64,000 bases of DNA from an uncultured Trueperaceae bacterium (GTDB lineage: Bacteria > Deinococcota > Deinococci > Deinococcales > Trueperaceae), in the NCBI GenBank assembly GCA_963799485.1, contig CAWCXJ010000001.1:128001-192000 (forward strand), read 5' to 3'. Position numbers and translations under genes: made by a program. The number at the start of each line of letters is the position of its first letter. The stretch's first letter is position 1. Of this stretch, positions 19,421 to 28,488 are shown in pieces. The notes under the pieces were generated by a model. It saw only the letters and a list, made by a program, of their open reading frames with translations. It ran no database searches and was not told the origin of the DNA.

Positions 19421-20224
19421 TTACCCCTTCTGACTTGACTCGTCTAAAAACATCCCCATCGCATGATACCCGGCGTCTACATAGACGGTCTCGCCTGTGA
19501 CGCCGCCCCCAAGTTCTTCGGTGAGTAAAGACAGGGCCACCCCCGCGACTTCTTCCTGGGTAATGTTGCGCCGGAGCATCGAGAGTTTGCCGGCAGTTTC
19601 AAACATACTGCCGAACCCTGAAATGCTCCGCGCCGCTACGGTGCGGAGCGGCCCCGCGCTGATGGCGTTGACCCGGACACCCTGCGCGCCGAGGTCGTAG
19701 GCAAGGAATCTAACGCTGGCCTCGAGCGCCGCCTTTGCCACGCCCATCATGTTGTAGTGCGGCACGACGCGTTCGGCAGCCAGATAGGTGAGCGCCAGCA
19801 TCCCGCTGCCCTCTTTCATCAAGGGTTGCGCCCGCCGCGCCATCGCCACGAGCGAATAGGCGGACACGTCCATCGCCAACGCCCAGTCCTCCCGGGAGAC
19901 CTCGTAAAAGGGTTTTTCAAAGGTTGCCGGCGGCGCAAAGGCGACCGCGTGAATGAGATAGTCGAGCCCGCCGAGTTCATTCTTTAGGGTTTCAAACGCT
20001 GCGTCGAGTTCGTCGTCTCGGGTTACGTCGCACTGCAAAAGAAGGGGCTTGTCGAAGTTTGCGGTGAGTTTCTCCAAGGTGCCCCTAAGCCTTTCACCCT
20101 GATAGCCAAATGCGAGCTGTGCGCCCGCTTGCGAGAGCTTTTCGGCGATGGCCCAGCCAATCGAGCGCTGATTGGTCACGCCGAAAACGACGCCCTTTTT
20201 ACCGCTTAAATCGAGTGTGTACAT
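19421..20224 (-). CDS. fabI: Enoyl-ACP reductase
   Basis: GVTNQRSIGWAIA, SAYSL, YNMMGVAKAALE, ISAGPLRT. Confidence 0.95.
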   Translation of the reverse strand: MYTLDLSGKKGVVFGVTNQRSIGWAIAEKLSQAGAQLAFGYQGERLRGTLEKLTANFDKPLLLQCDVTRDDELDAAFETLKNELGGLDYLIHAVAFAPPATFEKPFYEVSREDWALAMDVSAYSLVAMARRAQPLMKEGSGMLALTYLAAERVVPHYNMMGVAKAALEASVRFLAYDLGAQGVRVNAISAGPLRTVAARSISGFGSMFETAGKLSMLRRNITQEEVAGVALSLLTEELGGGVTGETVYVDAGYHAMGMFLDESSQKG

Positions 20225-20245
20225 GGCGCTTAAGCTACCACACGC

Positions 20246-20461
20246 CTACTCTTCTTGCTCGAGGTGTTTGTCTGGCTCGACCAGCGTTTTGCGTTCGTTG
20301 AGGTCTCGGTTGTAACGCCTAATGAACCACACCGTCAGTCAAACGAGCAGCCGGGCGGGTACGGCGACAATCCGGAAAAGCCAAAAGACCATCCAGAGAT
20401 TCCAGATCCAGCTAACAAGTACGCCTGCGCCTTTACTCACGGGTGCGTTCTGCGGACGCAC
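20246..20461 (-). pseudogene. Possible small membrane protein gene interrupted by an in-frame TGA
   Basis: GGAGG then GTG; ...WMVFWLFRIVAVPARLLV*LTVWFIRRYNRDLNERK...; the stop at 20339-20341 sits in a hydrophobic helix. Confidence 0.3.
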
Positions 20462-20491
20462 GTCCTCCAGTCTAGCTGTTAGAGTTGAACC

Positions 20492-20758
20492 ATGCTCCGC
20501 GTCTACGGTGTAGAAGGTTGCGGCCCCTGTGAAGTGACGAAGCTGTTTTTGCGCTCGAGACACGTCCCTTTCGAGTTTATCGACGTAGCAACCCAACCGG
20601 ACAAACGCCGAGAGCTTAAAGAAAAACTCGGCTCGCTTACCGGCGGTGTTATCTTAGACGGCTCGGAAGACGGCGAGGATATCGTTGTCATGCAGGGTGT
20701 GTCGGTTGCCAAACTCAGCCGCTACCTGGCGGAATATCAGGCCCGTCACCCGGTTTGA
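20492..20758 (+). CDS. Glutaredoxin/NrdH-like redoxin
   Basis: CGPC motif, VPFEFIDV; TAGAGT -10 box 6 nt upstream. Confidence 0.8.
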   Translation: MLRVYGVEGCGPCEVTKLFLRSRHVPFEFIDVATQPDKRRELKEKLGSLTGGVILDGSEDGEDIVVMQGVSVAKLSRYLAEYQARHPV

Positions 20759-20761
20759 TGG

Positions 20762-21180
20762 CTACCGAACCGGTTTGCTTATGCGGTAGACCGTCCCGCC
20801 GACAAAACTGCCTGTTTTAGTGCTTGCCCGAACGATTTTCGAGCGTGTCCGGAGCACGACAAAAAGCCCTCTCGGCGCAAACGGTGACGCGACACCCGTC
20901 GGGGTCGTGCCGGGGGCGAAAAGTGCGAGGGCACTTTTGCCCTACTTGTTTTTGCGTCTCGAGGTTTACGGCGACAACCTGACCCGTTCCGGCGTTTTCA
21001 CCCCCGGCAAGCTGCGCCGCCCACAAGCGTCCGTCCGGGCCGAAGGTCATCTGCGCCGGGCCGCGCAAACCCGTTACGAAGGGCTCGAGCCGGTAGCCGT
21101 CCGGGACTTTCGGCGTTTGGGCAAAACTCAAAGAGAGTTCAGGAGAACTGCCAAAAAAGAGGCCGCGTAGTCCAGTTCAA
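20762..21180 (-). pseudogene. Remnant of a secreted glucose/sorbosone (PQQ-type) dehydrogenase-like beta-propeller gene
   Basis: N-terminal part VPDGYRLEPFVTGLRGPAQMTFGPDGRLW is joined out of frame to C-terminal-like LALFAPGTTPTGVA...GTVYRIS; signal peptide frameshifted; most of the gene is missing. Confidence 0.65.
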
Positions 21181-21235
21181 GGCGGCCTCTCTGGGGCGAC
21201 GTAAGCAGGTCTTGCCGAAACCCGCGGTAAGTCTG

Positions 21236-22477
21236 TTACGGCGTGCAGGGCTCGAGTTCACTCAACGAAAAGACCTCGTGCGCCGTAGACGGGCCGACGC
21301 CCTGAACAACACCGCCCGCGGCGATGTAAACGCCGCCGTTACACACCGCCGCCTGAATTCCGTGGCGCGCTGTAAGCATGGGCGCAAGCTCACGCCATGT
21401 GTTCGTTTCGGGGTTATATGCCTCTACCGTACCGTAAGTGTTACCGTCCCCTTCGCCCCCGATGACCAAGATTTCGTTACCCAGCGCCGCCGCAGCGAAG
21501 CCGCCGCGTTCGGTCGGCAGGCTCGTCTCGAGCGTCGTCCAAGTTTGTGTCTCGAAGTCGAAAGCATCTACAAACGGCATCGTCGCGTTGACGTTCGCCT
21601 CGCGCCCGCCGATAGCGTAAAACACCCCGCTTAGCACCGCCGCGTGAAAGTGATCTCGGCTGCGCGGCATCGCGGGCAGCTCGGCCCAACTGTCGGCGTC
21701 CGGGTCGTAAACGTAAAACGAGGGCTGCGCTGCGCCGCCGCTCAGACCACCCGCGTAATAGATTTTGCCGCCGTAAACCGCAACCCCGCCCGCGCCGCGG
21801 CCTTGCGGCATGGGCGCACCTTCACTAAAGCTATCGGTTGCCGGATCGTAGATATTAACTGTGTCAACCTCCGGCCCGGGCCACCCTGCCAAGCCGCCGA
21901 GATAGTAGATTTTACCGCCGACGGTGACGCCCTGAATGTGGTCGAGGTTTTGCGGCATGGGCGCTAGCGTCGTCCACATCTGCGCTACCGGGTCGTAAAC
22001 CTCGTGCAGCGCGCTGCCCCCTGCCAGATAAAACTTGCCGCCGAGCTGCACGTAAGAAACCTCTTGCCGCGCTTCGGAGGTCGGCGACAACGTCTCCCAG
22101 GTACCTGTTCCCAAAGGCGCTTCTGCAACTTTCACCGCGAGGTCATCTTCAGCACTGAGTACGCCGTCGGAAACGCTCAAGGTGAGCGTGTAGCTGCCTA
22201 TATCTGCAAAGGTCGCGGTGGTTTCTAAAGCAGTTGCGTCGGTAAACGTTGCGCCCTCACCCGACCACGACGCGCTAAGCGTATCGCCGTCCGGGTCGCT
22301 GGCAACGCCCCTTAGCAGAACTGTTTCGGTAGGTCGCGCCGTTTGGTCGGAGCCTGCTGAAACGGTGGGAGCCTGATTGACCGAGTCTATGTTGGTTTGA
22401 TTGGTATTACAAGCTGCGACAAGTAGCGTAAGCCCTACAGGAAAAACCGCAAAAGTCTGAAAGAGGGAACGAATCAT
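21236..22477 (-). CDS. Lipoprotein with PKD-like domain and Kelch repeats
   Basis: Lipobox LVAAC; NQAPTVSAGSDQ...YTLTLSVSDG; repeated GG..Y..YDP..W..L.PMP Kelch blades. Confidence 0.88.
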   Translation of the reverse strand: MIRSLFQTFAVFPVGLTLLVAACNTNQTNIDSVNQAPTVSAGSDQTARPTETVLLRGVASDPDGDTLSASWSGEGATFTDATALETTATFADIGSYTLTLSVSDGVLSAEDDLAVKVAEAPLGTGTWETLSPTSEARQEVSYVQLGGKFYLAGGSALHEVYDPVAQMWTTLAPMPQNLDHIQGVTVGGKIYYLGGLAGWPGPEVDTVNIYDPATDSFSEGAPMPQGRGAGGVAVYGGKIYYAGGLSGGAAQPSFYVYDPDADSWAELPAMPRSRDHFHAAVLSGVFYAIGGREANVNATMPFVDAFDFETQTWTTLETSLPTERGGFAAAALGNEILVIGGEGDGNTYGTVEAYNPETNTWRELAPMLTARHGIQAAVCNGGVYIAAGGVVQGVGPSTAHEVFSLSELEPCTP

Positions 22478-22601
22478 CTAAACTCCTCTCGAGATGTCCT
22501 AAGTCTTCCTACCCTAGCCGATTTCTTTGCCCTGTTGAGGTGACGGGGCGAACACCGGGTATACTCACCGCAGGGTCGTCACAACCCTTTCAGGAGGTCT
22601 T

Positions 22602-24173
22602 ATGCGCGTCTACCGGTGGTTTTCCCTCGCTCTCGTTCTAGCTGCCCCATTCGCTTCAGCGCAGAGTGCGCGTCAGTCTACGCTTGTGATCGGGGCCGAC
22701 CTCAGTGACCTCATCACGATGGATCCGGGTGTGTCGTATGAATTCTCCGGTTCGCTCATCGTCGATAACCTCTACGAAACCCTCGTAAAGTTTGAGGGTA
22801 CCGACTTAACCGAAGTCAAACCGGGCTTGGCGGAGTCGTGGGAGGTCAAAGCCGAGGGCGGCGGTAATACCCTGACCTTTACGCTTGGAGACGCGACTTT
22901 TGCCTCGGGCAACCCGGTGACGGCGCAAGACGTGGTGTATTCGTTCGACCGGGTTATCGAGTTGCAGAGCCCCTCGTCGTTTCTCTTAACCGACGTAGCA
23001 GGGTTGGAGGTCGGTTCTACCGTCGCCGTAGACGACAAGACCGTTCAGCTCACCCTACCCGAAGGCGTCAACCCGACGATTGTGCTGAACCTGCTGACCT
23101 TTAATGTCGGCGGCGTGGTCGATTCGCAGGTTGTGCAGGAACAGGTACAAGACGGCGACTACGGTTCGGCGTGGTTGACCGACAATTCGGCGGGGTCGGG
23201 GCCGTATGTACTGGTGCGCTGGGACCGGGGCGCGCAGGTGGCTTTGGAAGCCAACCCCAACGCTTCGCAAACCGGTAGCATCAGCCGGGTCATCTTACGC
23301 AACATCCAGGAGTCGTCGGCGCAGCGGGCGGCACTAGAATCCGGTGAAATCGACGTGGCTTACGACCTCACCCCGGACGCCTTCAAAGCAGCCGAGTCCG
23401 ACGCGCGTTTTAACGCCCTGCGTACCGATACCTTTGTGCTCGAGTACCTCGGCATGAACTCCGGCGAAGGCTCGCCCTTTGCCGACAACCGGGTACGCCA
23501 GGCGGTGCGTTACGCACTCGACCAAGACGGCATGGTCGAAGGGCTTCTAGGCGGTCTCGGGCGCAAAATCCAGACCATCATCCCGATAGGTCTATTGGGC
23601 GCGAACGAAACGGTTTTTTACGAACAAGACCCGGAACGCGCCCGTGAACTCCTCGCCGAAGCGGGTGTTGGCGACGGGTTAAGCGTGGACTTTTTAGTCC
23701 CGACCGGTTCGTGTTTCGGCGGCGTCCCGTGCGCCGACCTCGCCGCCAAAGTTCAGAGCGACCTCGCCGCTGTGGGCATTCAGGCCAACATCACCCAGAC
23801 CGTTCAGGCCGAGCTGTTAGACATCTACCGCGCTCAAAACGCAGAGCTCGTGCTGATCAACTGGAGCCCCGACTACCCCGACCCCGACGGCAACGCGACG
23901 CCCCTGGCGGATTACAACGCCGAAAGCCTCGCGTGGCGCAATGTTTGGGAGAACTCCGACGCGAGCGCGTTAGCTAAAGAAGGTGCCACCACCACCGACC
24001 CCGACGCGCGCGCCGCCGTCTACGAAAAACTGACGACATTGGTCGCCGAACAGGGGCCTTACGCCATCCTCTACCAGTCCCTCAAACCTATCGTCACGCT
24101 CGCTTCGGTTGAAAACTTCGTCCGCAACGCACAGGGCAACGTGGACTTTACGGCGGTAAGTAAAACCGAATAA
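22602..24173 (+). CDS. Peptide/nickel ABC substrate-binding protein (family 5)
   Basis: Signal peptide; LYETLV, PGLAESW, GSGPY, WSPDYPDP. Confidence 0.9.
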   Translation: MRVYRWFSLALVLAAPFASAQSARQSTLVIGADLSDLITMDPGVSYEFSGSLIVDNLYETLVKFEGTDLTEVKPGLAESWEVKAEGGGNTLTFTLGDATFASGNPVTAQDVVYSFDRVIELQSPSSFLLTDVAGLEVGSTVAVDDKTVQLTLPEGVNPTIVLNLLTFNVGGVVDSQVVQEQVQDGDYGSAWLTDNSAGSGPYVLVRWDRGAQVALEANPNASQTGSISRVILRNIQESSAQRAALESGEIDVAYDLTPDAFKAAESDARFNALRTDTFVLEYLGMNSGEGSPFADNRVRQAVRYALDQDGMVEGLLGGLGRKIQTIIPIGLLGANETVFYEQDPERARELLAEAGVGDGLSVDFLVPTGSCFGGVPCADLAAKVQSDLAAVGIQANITQTVQAELLDIYRAQNAELVLINWSPDYPDPDGNATPLADYNAESLAWRNVWENSDASALAKEGATTTDPDARAAVYEKLTTLVAEQGPYAILYQSLKPIVTLASVENFVRNAQGNVDFTAVSKTE

Positions 24174-24180
24174 ACCTTTG

Positions 24181-24208
24181 AGGGGAGAGGTCAGCCGACC
24201 CCTCCCCT
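24181..24208 (+). terminator. Intra-operon stem-loop after the SBP gene
   Basis: AGGGGAGAGGTC-AGCC-GACCCCTCCCCT inverted repeat. Confidence 0.5.
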
Positions 24209-24268
24209 TGTTACGCCCATAAGCGCCCAACCTGTCAACTTCTACTTTACCAACACCCGGAGGCACGT

Positions 24269-25276
24269 TTGCTGGCCTATCTTTTACGGCGTTTGGGCTA
24301 CCTCGTATTCGTCATCTGGGGGGTGGGCTTTGCGGCGTTTTTTATCTCTCGTGTCGTCCCCGCCGACCCCGCCGCCGCTGCGCTGGGTCAAAACGCGCGC
24401 GAAGAGCAGATTCAGGCGTACCGTGAAAAGTTCGGCCTTAACGACCCGGTTGTGGTGCAGTACGTGAACTATATGGGCAATTTGTTTCAGGGGGACTTGG
24501 GTATTTCACTCCGCACCCGCCGCCCGATTGTCGCCGACCTCAAAGACTTTTTTCCGGCGACGCTCGAGCTCACCCTCGCCGCCATGCTCATCTCACTCTT
24601 GTTCGGCTTACCGGCGGGTTTAATCGCCGCGCTCTACCAAAACCGACCTGCCGACCTGATTGTCCGCACCTTTGCCCTGTTAGGCGGCGCGACGCCCGTG
24701 TACTGGCTGGCAATTGTGATGCTCGATGTGTTTCACGCCCGTCTCGGCTGGCTGCCGGGGCCGGGACGACTTAACGCCTACCTGTTCGCACCGCAGACCG
24801 TCACCGGCGTCCTGAGTATCGACGCACTCCTGGCCCGCGACTACGAGGTTTTTTGGGACGGCCTTAAACACCTCATCTTGCCCGCCGTTGTCCTCGGCGC
24901 ATTTTCGACGGCGCTGCTAGCACGGATGGTGCGGAGCGCGATGTTGGAAACCTTGTCGCAAGACTTTATCCGGACGGCTCGGGCCAAAGGTGTTCACGAG
25001 CGGTGGGTTGTGCTCAAACACGGTCTTAGAAACGCGGCCTTGCCCATCCTGACGGTTTCAGCGAATGTTCTGGGGAGTCTATTGACCGGCGCGGTACTAA
25101 CTGAAACCATCTTTTCGTGGCCGGGGATCGGCAGTTACGCGACCTCGAGCGCCACCTCGCTGGACTTTCCCGCCGTCATGGGCGTGACCCTCGTCGCCGG
25201 ACTGACCTATGCTTTGATTAACTTGCTAGTAGATTTGCTCTACGCCTGCTTCGACCCCCGGATTAGCTATGCCTGA
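24269..25276 (+). CDS. Peptide ABC permease (DppB/OppB-like)
   Basis: DFIRTARAKG, TETIFSWPGIG, DPRI C-terminus. Confidence 0.92.
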   Translation: MLAYLLRRLGYLVFVIWGVGFAAFFISRVVPADPAAAALGQNAREEQIQAYREKFGLNDPVVVQYVNYMGNLFQGDLGISLRTRRPIVADLKDFFPATLELTLAAMLISLLFGLPAGLIAALYQNRPADLIVRTFALLGGATPVYWLAIVMLDVFHARLGWLPGPGRLNAYLFAPQTVTGVLSIDALLARDYEVFWDGLKHLILPAVVLGAFSTALLARMVRSAMLETLSQDFIRTARAKGVHERWVVLKHGLRNAALPILTVSANVLGSLLTGAVLTETIFSWPGIGSYATSSATSLDFPAVMGVTLVAGLTYALINLLVDLLYACFDPRISYA

Positions 25277-25285
25277 GGTAAGTCT

Positions 25286-26161
25286 GTGAGAGCCGAAAGG
25301 GTAAGAACGCGTCCTTTCTTGGGCGACACCTTACAAAGCCGCGCCGTCCGCCGCTTTTTGCGCGACCCCGGCGCGCTCGTCGGCCTCGTGGTCGTGCTGC
25401 TGCTTGTTGCTCTCGCTGCCCTCGCGCCGCTGTTAGCAGGCAACCCGCTCGCGCAAAATCTGTCTGAACGGCTGCAAGCGCCGAGCGGAAGCTATCTATT
25501 CGGCACCGACCAACTGGGCCGGGACGTGTTCGCCCGTACCCTGTGGGGTTCACGGATTTCGCTGGCGATTGGGTTTTTGGTCGTCGCCTTGTCGCTCGCC
25601 GTGGGGGCCGGGGTCGGACTTTTGGCGGGCGTTTTGGGCGGGTTTTGGGACAACCTCTTGATGCGCGTCACCGACATCTTTCTGGCGTTTCCCGCGCTGA
25701 TTCTGGCGATGGCGATCTCTGCGGCTTTGGGGCCGAGCTTAACAAACGTGATGATTGCCGTCGCCGCCGTGTCGTGGCCCAACTACGCGCGGCTCACAAG
25801 GGCGCAGGTGTTGAGTATCCGGGGGCTCGAGTTTATCGACGCCGCCCGCTCACTCGGCGCGTCGGGTGGGCGTATCGCGTGGCGGCATCTCTTGCCCAAC
25901 AGCCTGTCACCGCTCTTGGTGCAAGCGAGTTTCGACGTCGGCGGGGCAATTTTAACCGCTGCCGGACTCGGGTTTATCGGCTTTGGGGCGCAACCCCCGA
26001 CCCCGGAGTGGGGCGCGATGGTCTCCGAAACGCGCAACTTTATCGCCGAAGCGCCGTGGGCTTCAACTGCGCCGGCGTTAGCCATCTTGCTGACCGTGTT
26101 GGCCTTTAACCTCTTGGGCGACGGCCTCCGTGACGTGCTCGACCCGCGTGGCAAGCGTTGA
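25286..26161 (+). CDS. Peptide ABC permease (DppC/OppC-like)
   Basis: GTDQLGRD, PPTPEWG, NLLGDGLRDVLDPR. Confidence 0.92.
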   Translation: MRAERVRTRPFLGDTLQSRAVRRFLRDPGALVGLVVVLLLVALAALAPLLAGNPLAQNLSERLQAPSGSYLFGTDQLGRDVFARTLWGSRISLAIGFLVVALSLAVGAGVGLLAGVLGGFWDNLLMRVTDIFLAFPALILAMAISAALGPSLTNVMIAVAAVSWPNYARLTRAQVLSIRGLEFIDAARSLGASGGRIAWRHLLPNSLSPLLVQASFDVGGAILTAAGLGFIGFGAQPPTPEWGAMVSETRNFIAEAPWASTAPALAILLTVLAFNLLGDGLRDVLDPRGKR

Positions 26162-26174
26162 CCGGGGGCCTTTT

Positions 26175-26219
26175 TTACACAGCGCGAACTTACACAGCGC
26201 GAACTTACACAGCGTAAAC
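26175..26219. repeat. 15-bp tandem repeat x3
   Basis: TTACACAGCGCGAAC x2 plus TTACACAGCGTAAAC. Confidence 0.85.
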
Positions 26220-26408
26220 GCGTAGCTTGCAATCTTTACGCCTCAGCTTTACGCCCTCAAACATCCCTAAAGCGCTGCGCCTGAGCCAAGTTTGTTAAAC
26301 TGCCCTTGCGAAACGCCTTACCGCCCGAGCTATCGGCGGTCACAGCCCCCCGTTTCGCCTGTACAGCTGATCTGACGGGTAACTAGGTAGGCAATATGGC
26401 ACACGCAC

Positions 26409-27080
26409 ATGGTTGAGTTTTTAGCCCTCACCGGACGGGCGCTGGCCCTCGACGACGCGGTGCAGATGCTCGTGCAAGAGGCGTCTTGGCGCAACACCTT
26501 TGTAACATTTATAGTCATTCTGGCAGGCTTTTCCGAGGCACTTGGACAGTCGGTCGTGCTCTTTGCCAGCCGCGTTAAAAAGCGGCGCTTCGTTCTGTCG
26601 CTGCTCTTTTCTGCCTTCGTCTACACCTTTAGCTTCTTTTTTCTGACGCTCAGTATCTGGCTCGTGAGCGCCCAGGTGTTCGGACGCGCCGCGAGTTTCG
26701 ACGTGGTGATGCGGGCTGTCGGACTCGGTTACGCGCCGTACCTCTTTTCTTTTTTTGTTTTAGCGCCTTACTTCGGCAACCCCATCGGCCTCTTTCTGTC
26801 CGTCTGGAGCCTCGTCGCCGTCAACCGGGGGGTGCAGTTTGCGCTTGATCTCAACTTGTGGCAAGCGCTGCTCTGCACTTTTTTGGGCTGGTTGCTGCTG
26901 CAGGTTTTGCAGCGCACGGTGGGGCGGCCCTTTGTCGGCGGGTTGCGCTGGCTGCGGCGGCGGGTCGCGGGCGCGCCGCTGGTCACGAGCCGTAAAGAAC
27001 TCCGCGAACTCTTCGACCTGCCGCAAAATCCCAGACCGGAGTTTCAGACAAAGTTCCAAACGCGCAGGCGGGAGAAGTAG
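26409..27080 (+). CDS. Yip1-like multi-pass membrane protein
   Basis: About 5 TMs; SEALGQSVVLF, VGLGYAP, PYFG, WSL; coupled to the next gene by a TAGTG overlap. Confidence 0.65.
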   Translation: MVEFLALTGRALALDDAVQMLVQEASWRNTFVTFIVILAGFSEALGQSVVLFASRVKKRRFVLSLLFSAFVYTFSFFFLTLSIWLVSAQVFGRAASFDVVMRAVGLGYAPYLFSFFVLAPYFGNPIGLFLSVWSLVAVNRGVQFALDLNLWQALLCTFLGWLLLQVLQRTVGRPFVGGLRWLRRRVAGAPLVTSRKELRELFDLPQNPRPEFQTKFQTRRREK

Positions 27081-28057
27081 TGCTCGAGCTACTCCTCTTC
27101 CTCGCTCTCCTCGTACTGGCCTTCTTGCTAGCAGGCGTCCTCTCACCGTTCGAGGCGCTCGGCTGGTGGGCGGGTTGGTATGGTGAGGACGAAACCCAAG
27201 AAGCCGAGGTCTCAACCTTCCCGGTTAAACCCGTTCAGGCCGAACGCTTCGTCGTCTTTTTGTCGGGTATCAACAGCGTCTCCGGCGAGTCGCTGGCCGA
27301 ACGTGAAATTACTTTTTTAGACCGCCTGAAACGCGAGTTGACCGATTCGGCGACGGTTTTGGTCGATGACATCTTTCCGTACTCGGTTATAGAGCGCCCG
27401 CTGACGGGTCGCCGGGTGTTCGCGTGGTTTTGGCGCTGGACGCTTCGCACGAAGATCAGCGGAGCCGGGGCGGCGCGGTTTTTAATCAACATTCGCAACC
27501 TCTGGCAGGTCGCGGTCTCCGCCGACAGCCGCTACGGGCCGATCTACAACCAGGGTTCGGCGGCGATGATCTTGCACGGTTTACGGCGAAACGGTTACAC
27601 CGTCGGCAGTGGCGTCCCGATTACGCTCATCGGGTACTCCGGCGGTGGTCAGGTGGCGCTCGGGGCCGCGCCGCACCTCAAGCGGGCGCTCCGGGTGCCG
27701 ATTTCAATTATCTCGCTCGGCGGCGTGATGAGCGCCGACCCCGGGGTGCTGACGCTCGAGCACCTCTATCACCTTTACGGCGCACGCGACAACGTGCAGC
27801 GGCTCGGCAGTATCTTTTTTCCGGGGCGCTGGCCCGCCATCCCGTCCCCGTGGAACACCGCCAAAAAGCACAACATCGTCGAACTCGTCTTTATGGGGCC
27901 GCCCGACCACACCGGGCCGGGCGGCTACCTGGACGAAGCGAGCAGCCTTCCCGACGGGCGCAGCTACCTAGACGCCACCGTCGAGACGATGACGCGGCTG
28001 ATTCAGCGTGACGTTGAACGTAAAGTGCGGGTTTATCCGGTCACTGAGCCGCCTTGA
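27080..28057 (+). CDS. Membrane-anchored alpha/beta-hydrolase-fold protein
   Basis: N-terminal TM and PFEALGWWAGW; GYSGGG elbow; candidate catalytic D (RDNV) and H (DHTG). Confidence 0.7.
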   Translation: MLELLLFLALLVLAFLLAGVLSPFEALGWWAGWYGEDETQEAEVSTFPVKPVQAERFVVFLSGINSVSGESLAEREITFLDRLKRELTDSATVLVDDIFPYSVIERPLTGRRVFAWFWRWTLRTKISGAGAARFLINIRNLWQVAVSADSRYGPIYNQGSAAMILHGLRRNGYTVGSGVPITLIGYSGGGQVALGAAPHLKRALRVPISIISLGGVMSADPGVLTLEHLYHLYGARDNVQRLGSIFFPGRWPAIPSPWNTAKKHNIVELVFMGPPDHTGPGGYLDEASSLPDGRSYLDATVETMTRLIQRDVERKVRVYPVTEPP

Positions 28058-28070
28058 ACCAGTCGGTAGA

Positions 28071-28487
28071 TTATATCCAGCCGGATTCGCCGAACCACAC
28101 GCCGTTAATAAGATGATGCTCCAACGCCCGCCTCACAAACGGAACCATATTATGCGGCAGCGCAGCAAAAGCACACCGGCGCAGGTCGTCACATTCAGCT
28201 TCGGCAACAGGCTCCCCTTGCCAGCGCTCGGCCCGTAAAAAGAAGTCGATGCCGCCCCCTATAGGCGAGGTGTAGTGCGTTACGCCGATGACTGTCAGAG
28301 CGCTGGGCTCGAGCCCAACCCCAACTTCTTCCCAACATTCCCGCATTGCTGTTTGAACGATGGTTTCACCGGGTTCCAGGTGTCCCCCGACCGGGCCGTA
28401 ATTGCCGTCTTCAAAACCGGTAGCTTTACGGCGGGCAAGCAACACGGTGTTCTCACGAATCAGAAACACGTGAGCGACGACCGGCAA
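28071..28487 (-). CDS. NUDIX hydrolase
   Basis: Nudix box GGHLEPGETIVQTAMRECWEEVG. Confidence 0.9.
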   Translation of the reverse strand: MPVVAHVFLIRENTVLLARRKATGFEDGNYGPVGGHLEPGETIVQTAMRECWEEVGVGLEPSALTVIGVTHYTSPIGGGIDFFLRAERWQGEPVAEAECDDLRRCAFAALPHNMVPFVRRALEHHLINGVWFGESGWI

Positions 28488-28488
28488 C

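Noticed and set aside
15941..26161. Sugar and peptide ABC clusters lacking ATPase genes (also 47810-51053)
   Set aside because: Sharing of distantly encoded MalK/DppDF-type ATPases is common, so this is not unusual.
26175..26219. Short repeats as a possible CRISPR array (also 34898-34942)
   Set aside because: The units are 15 bp, contiguous and have no spacers; there are no cas genes in the window.
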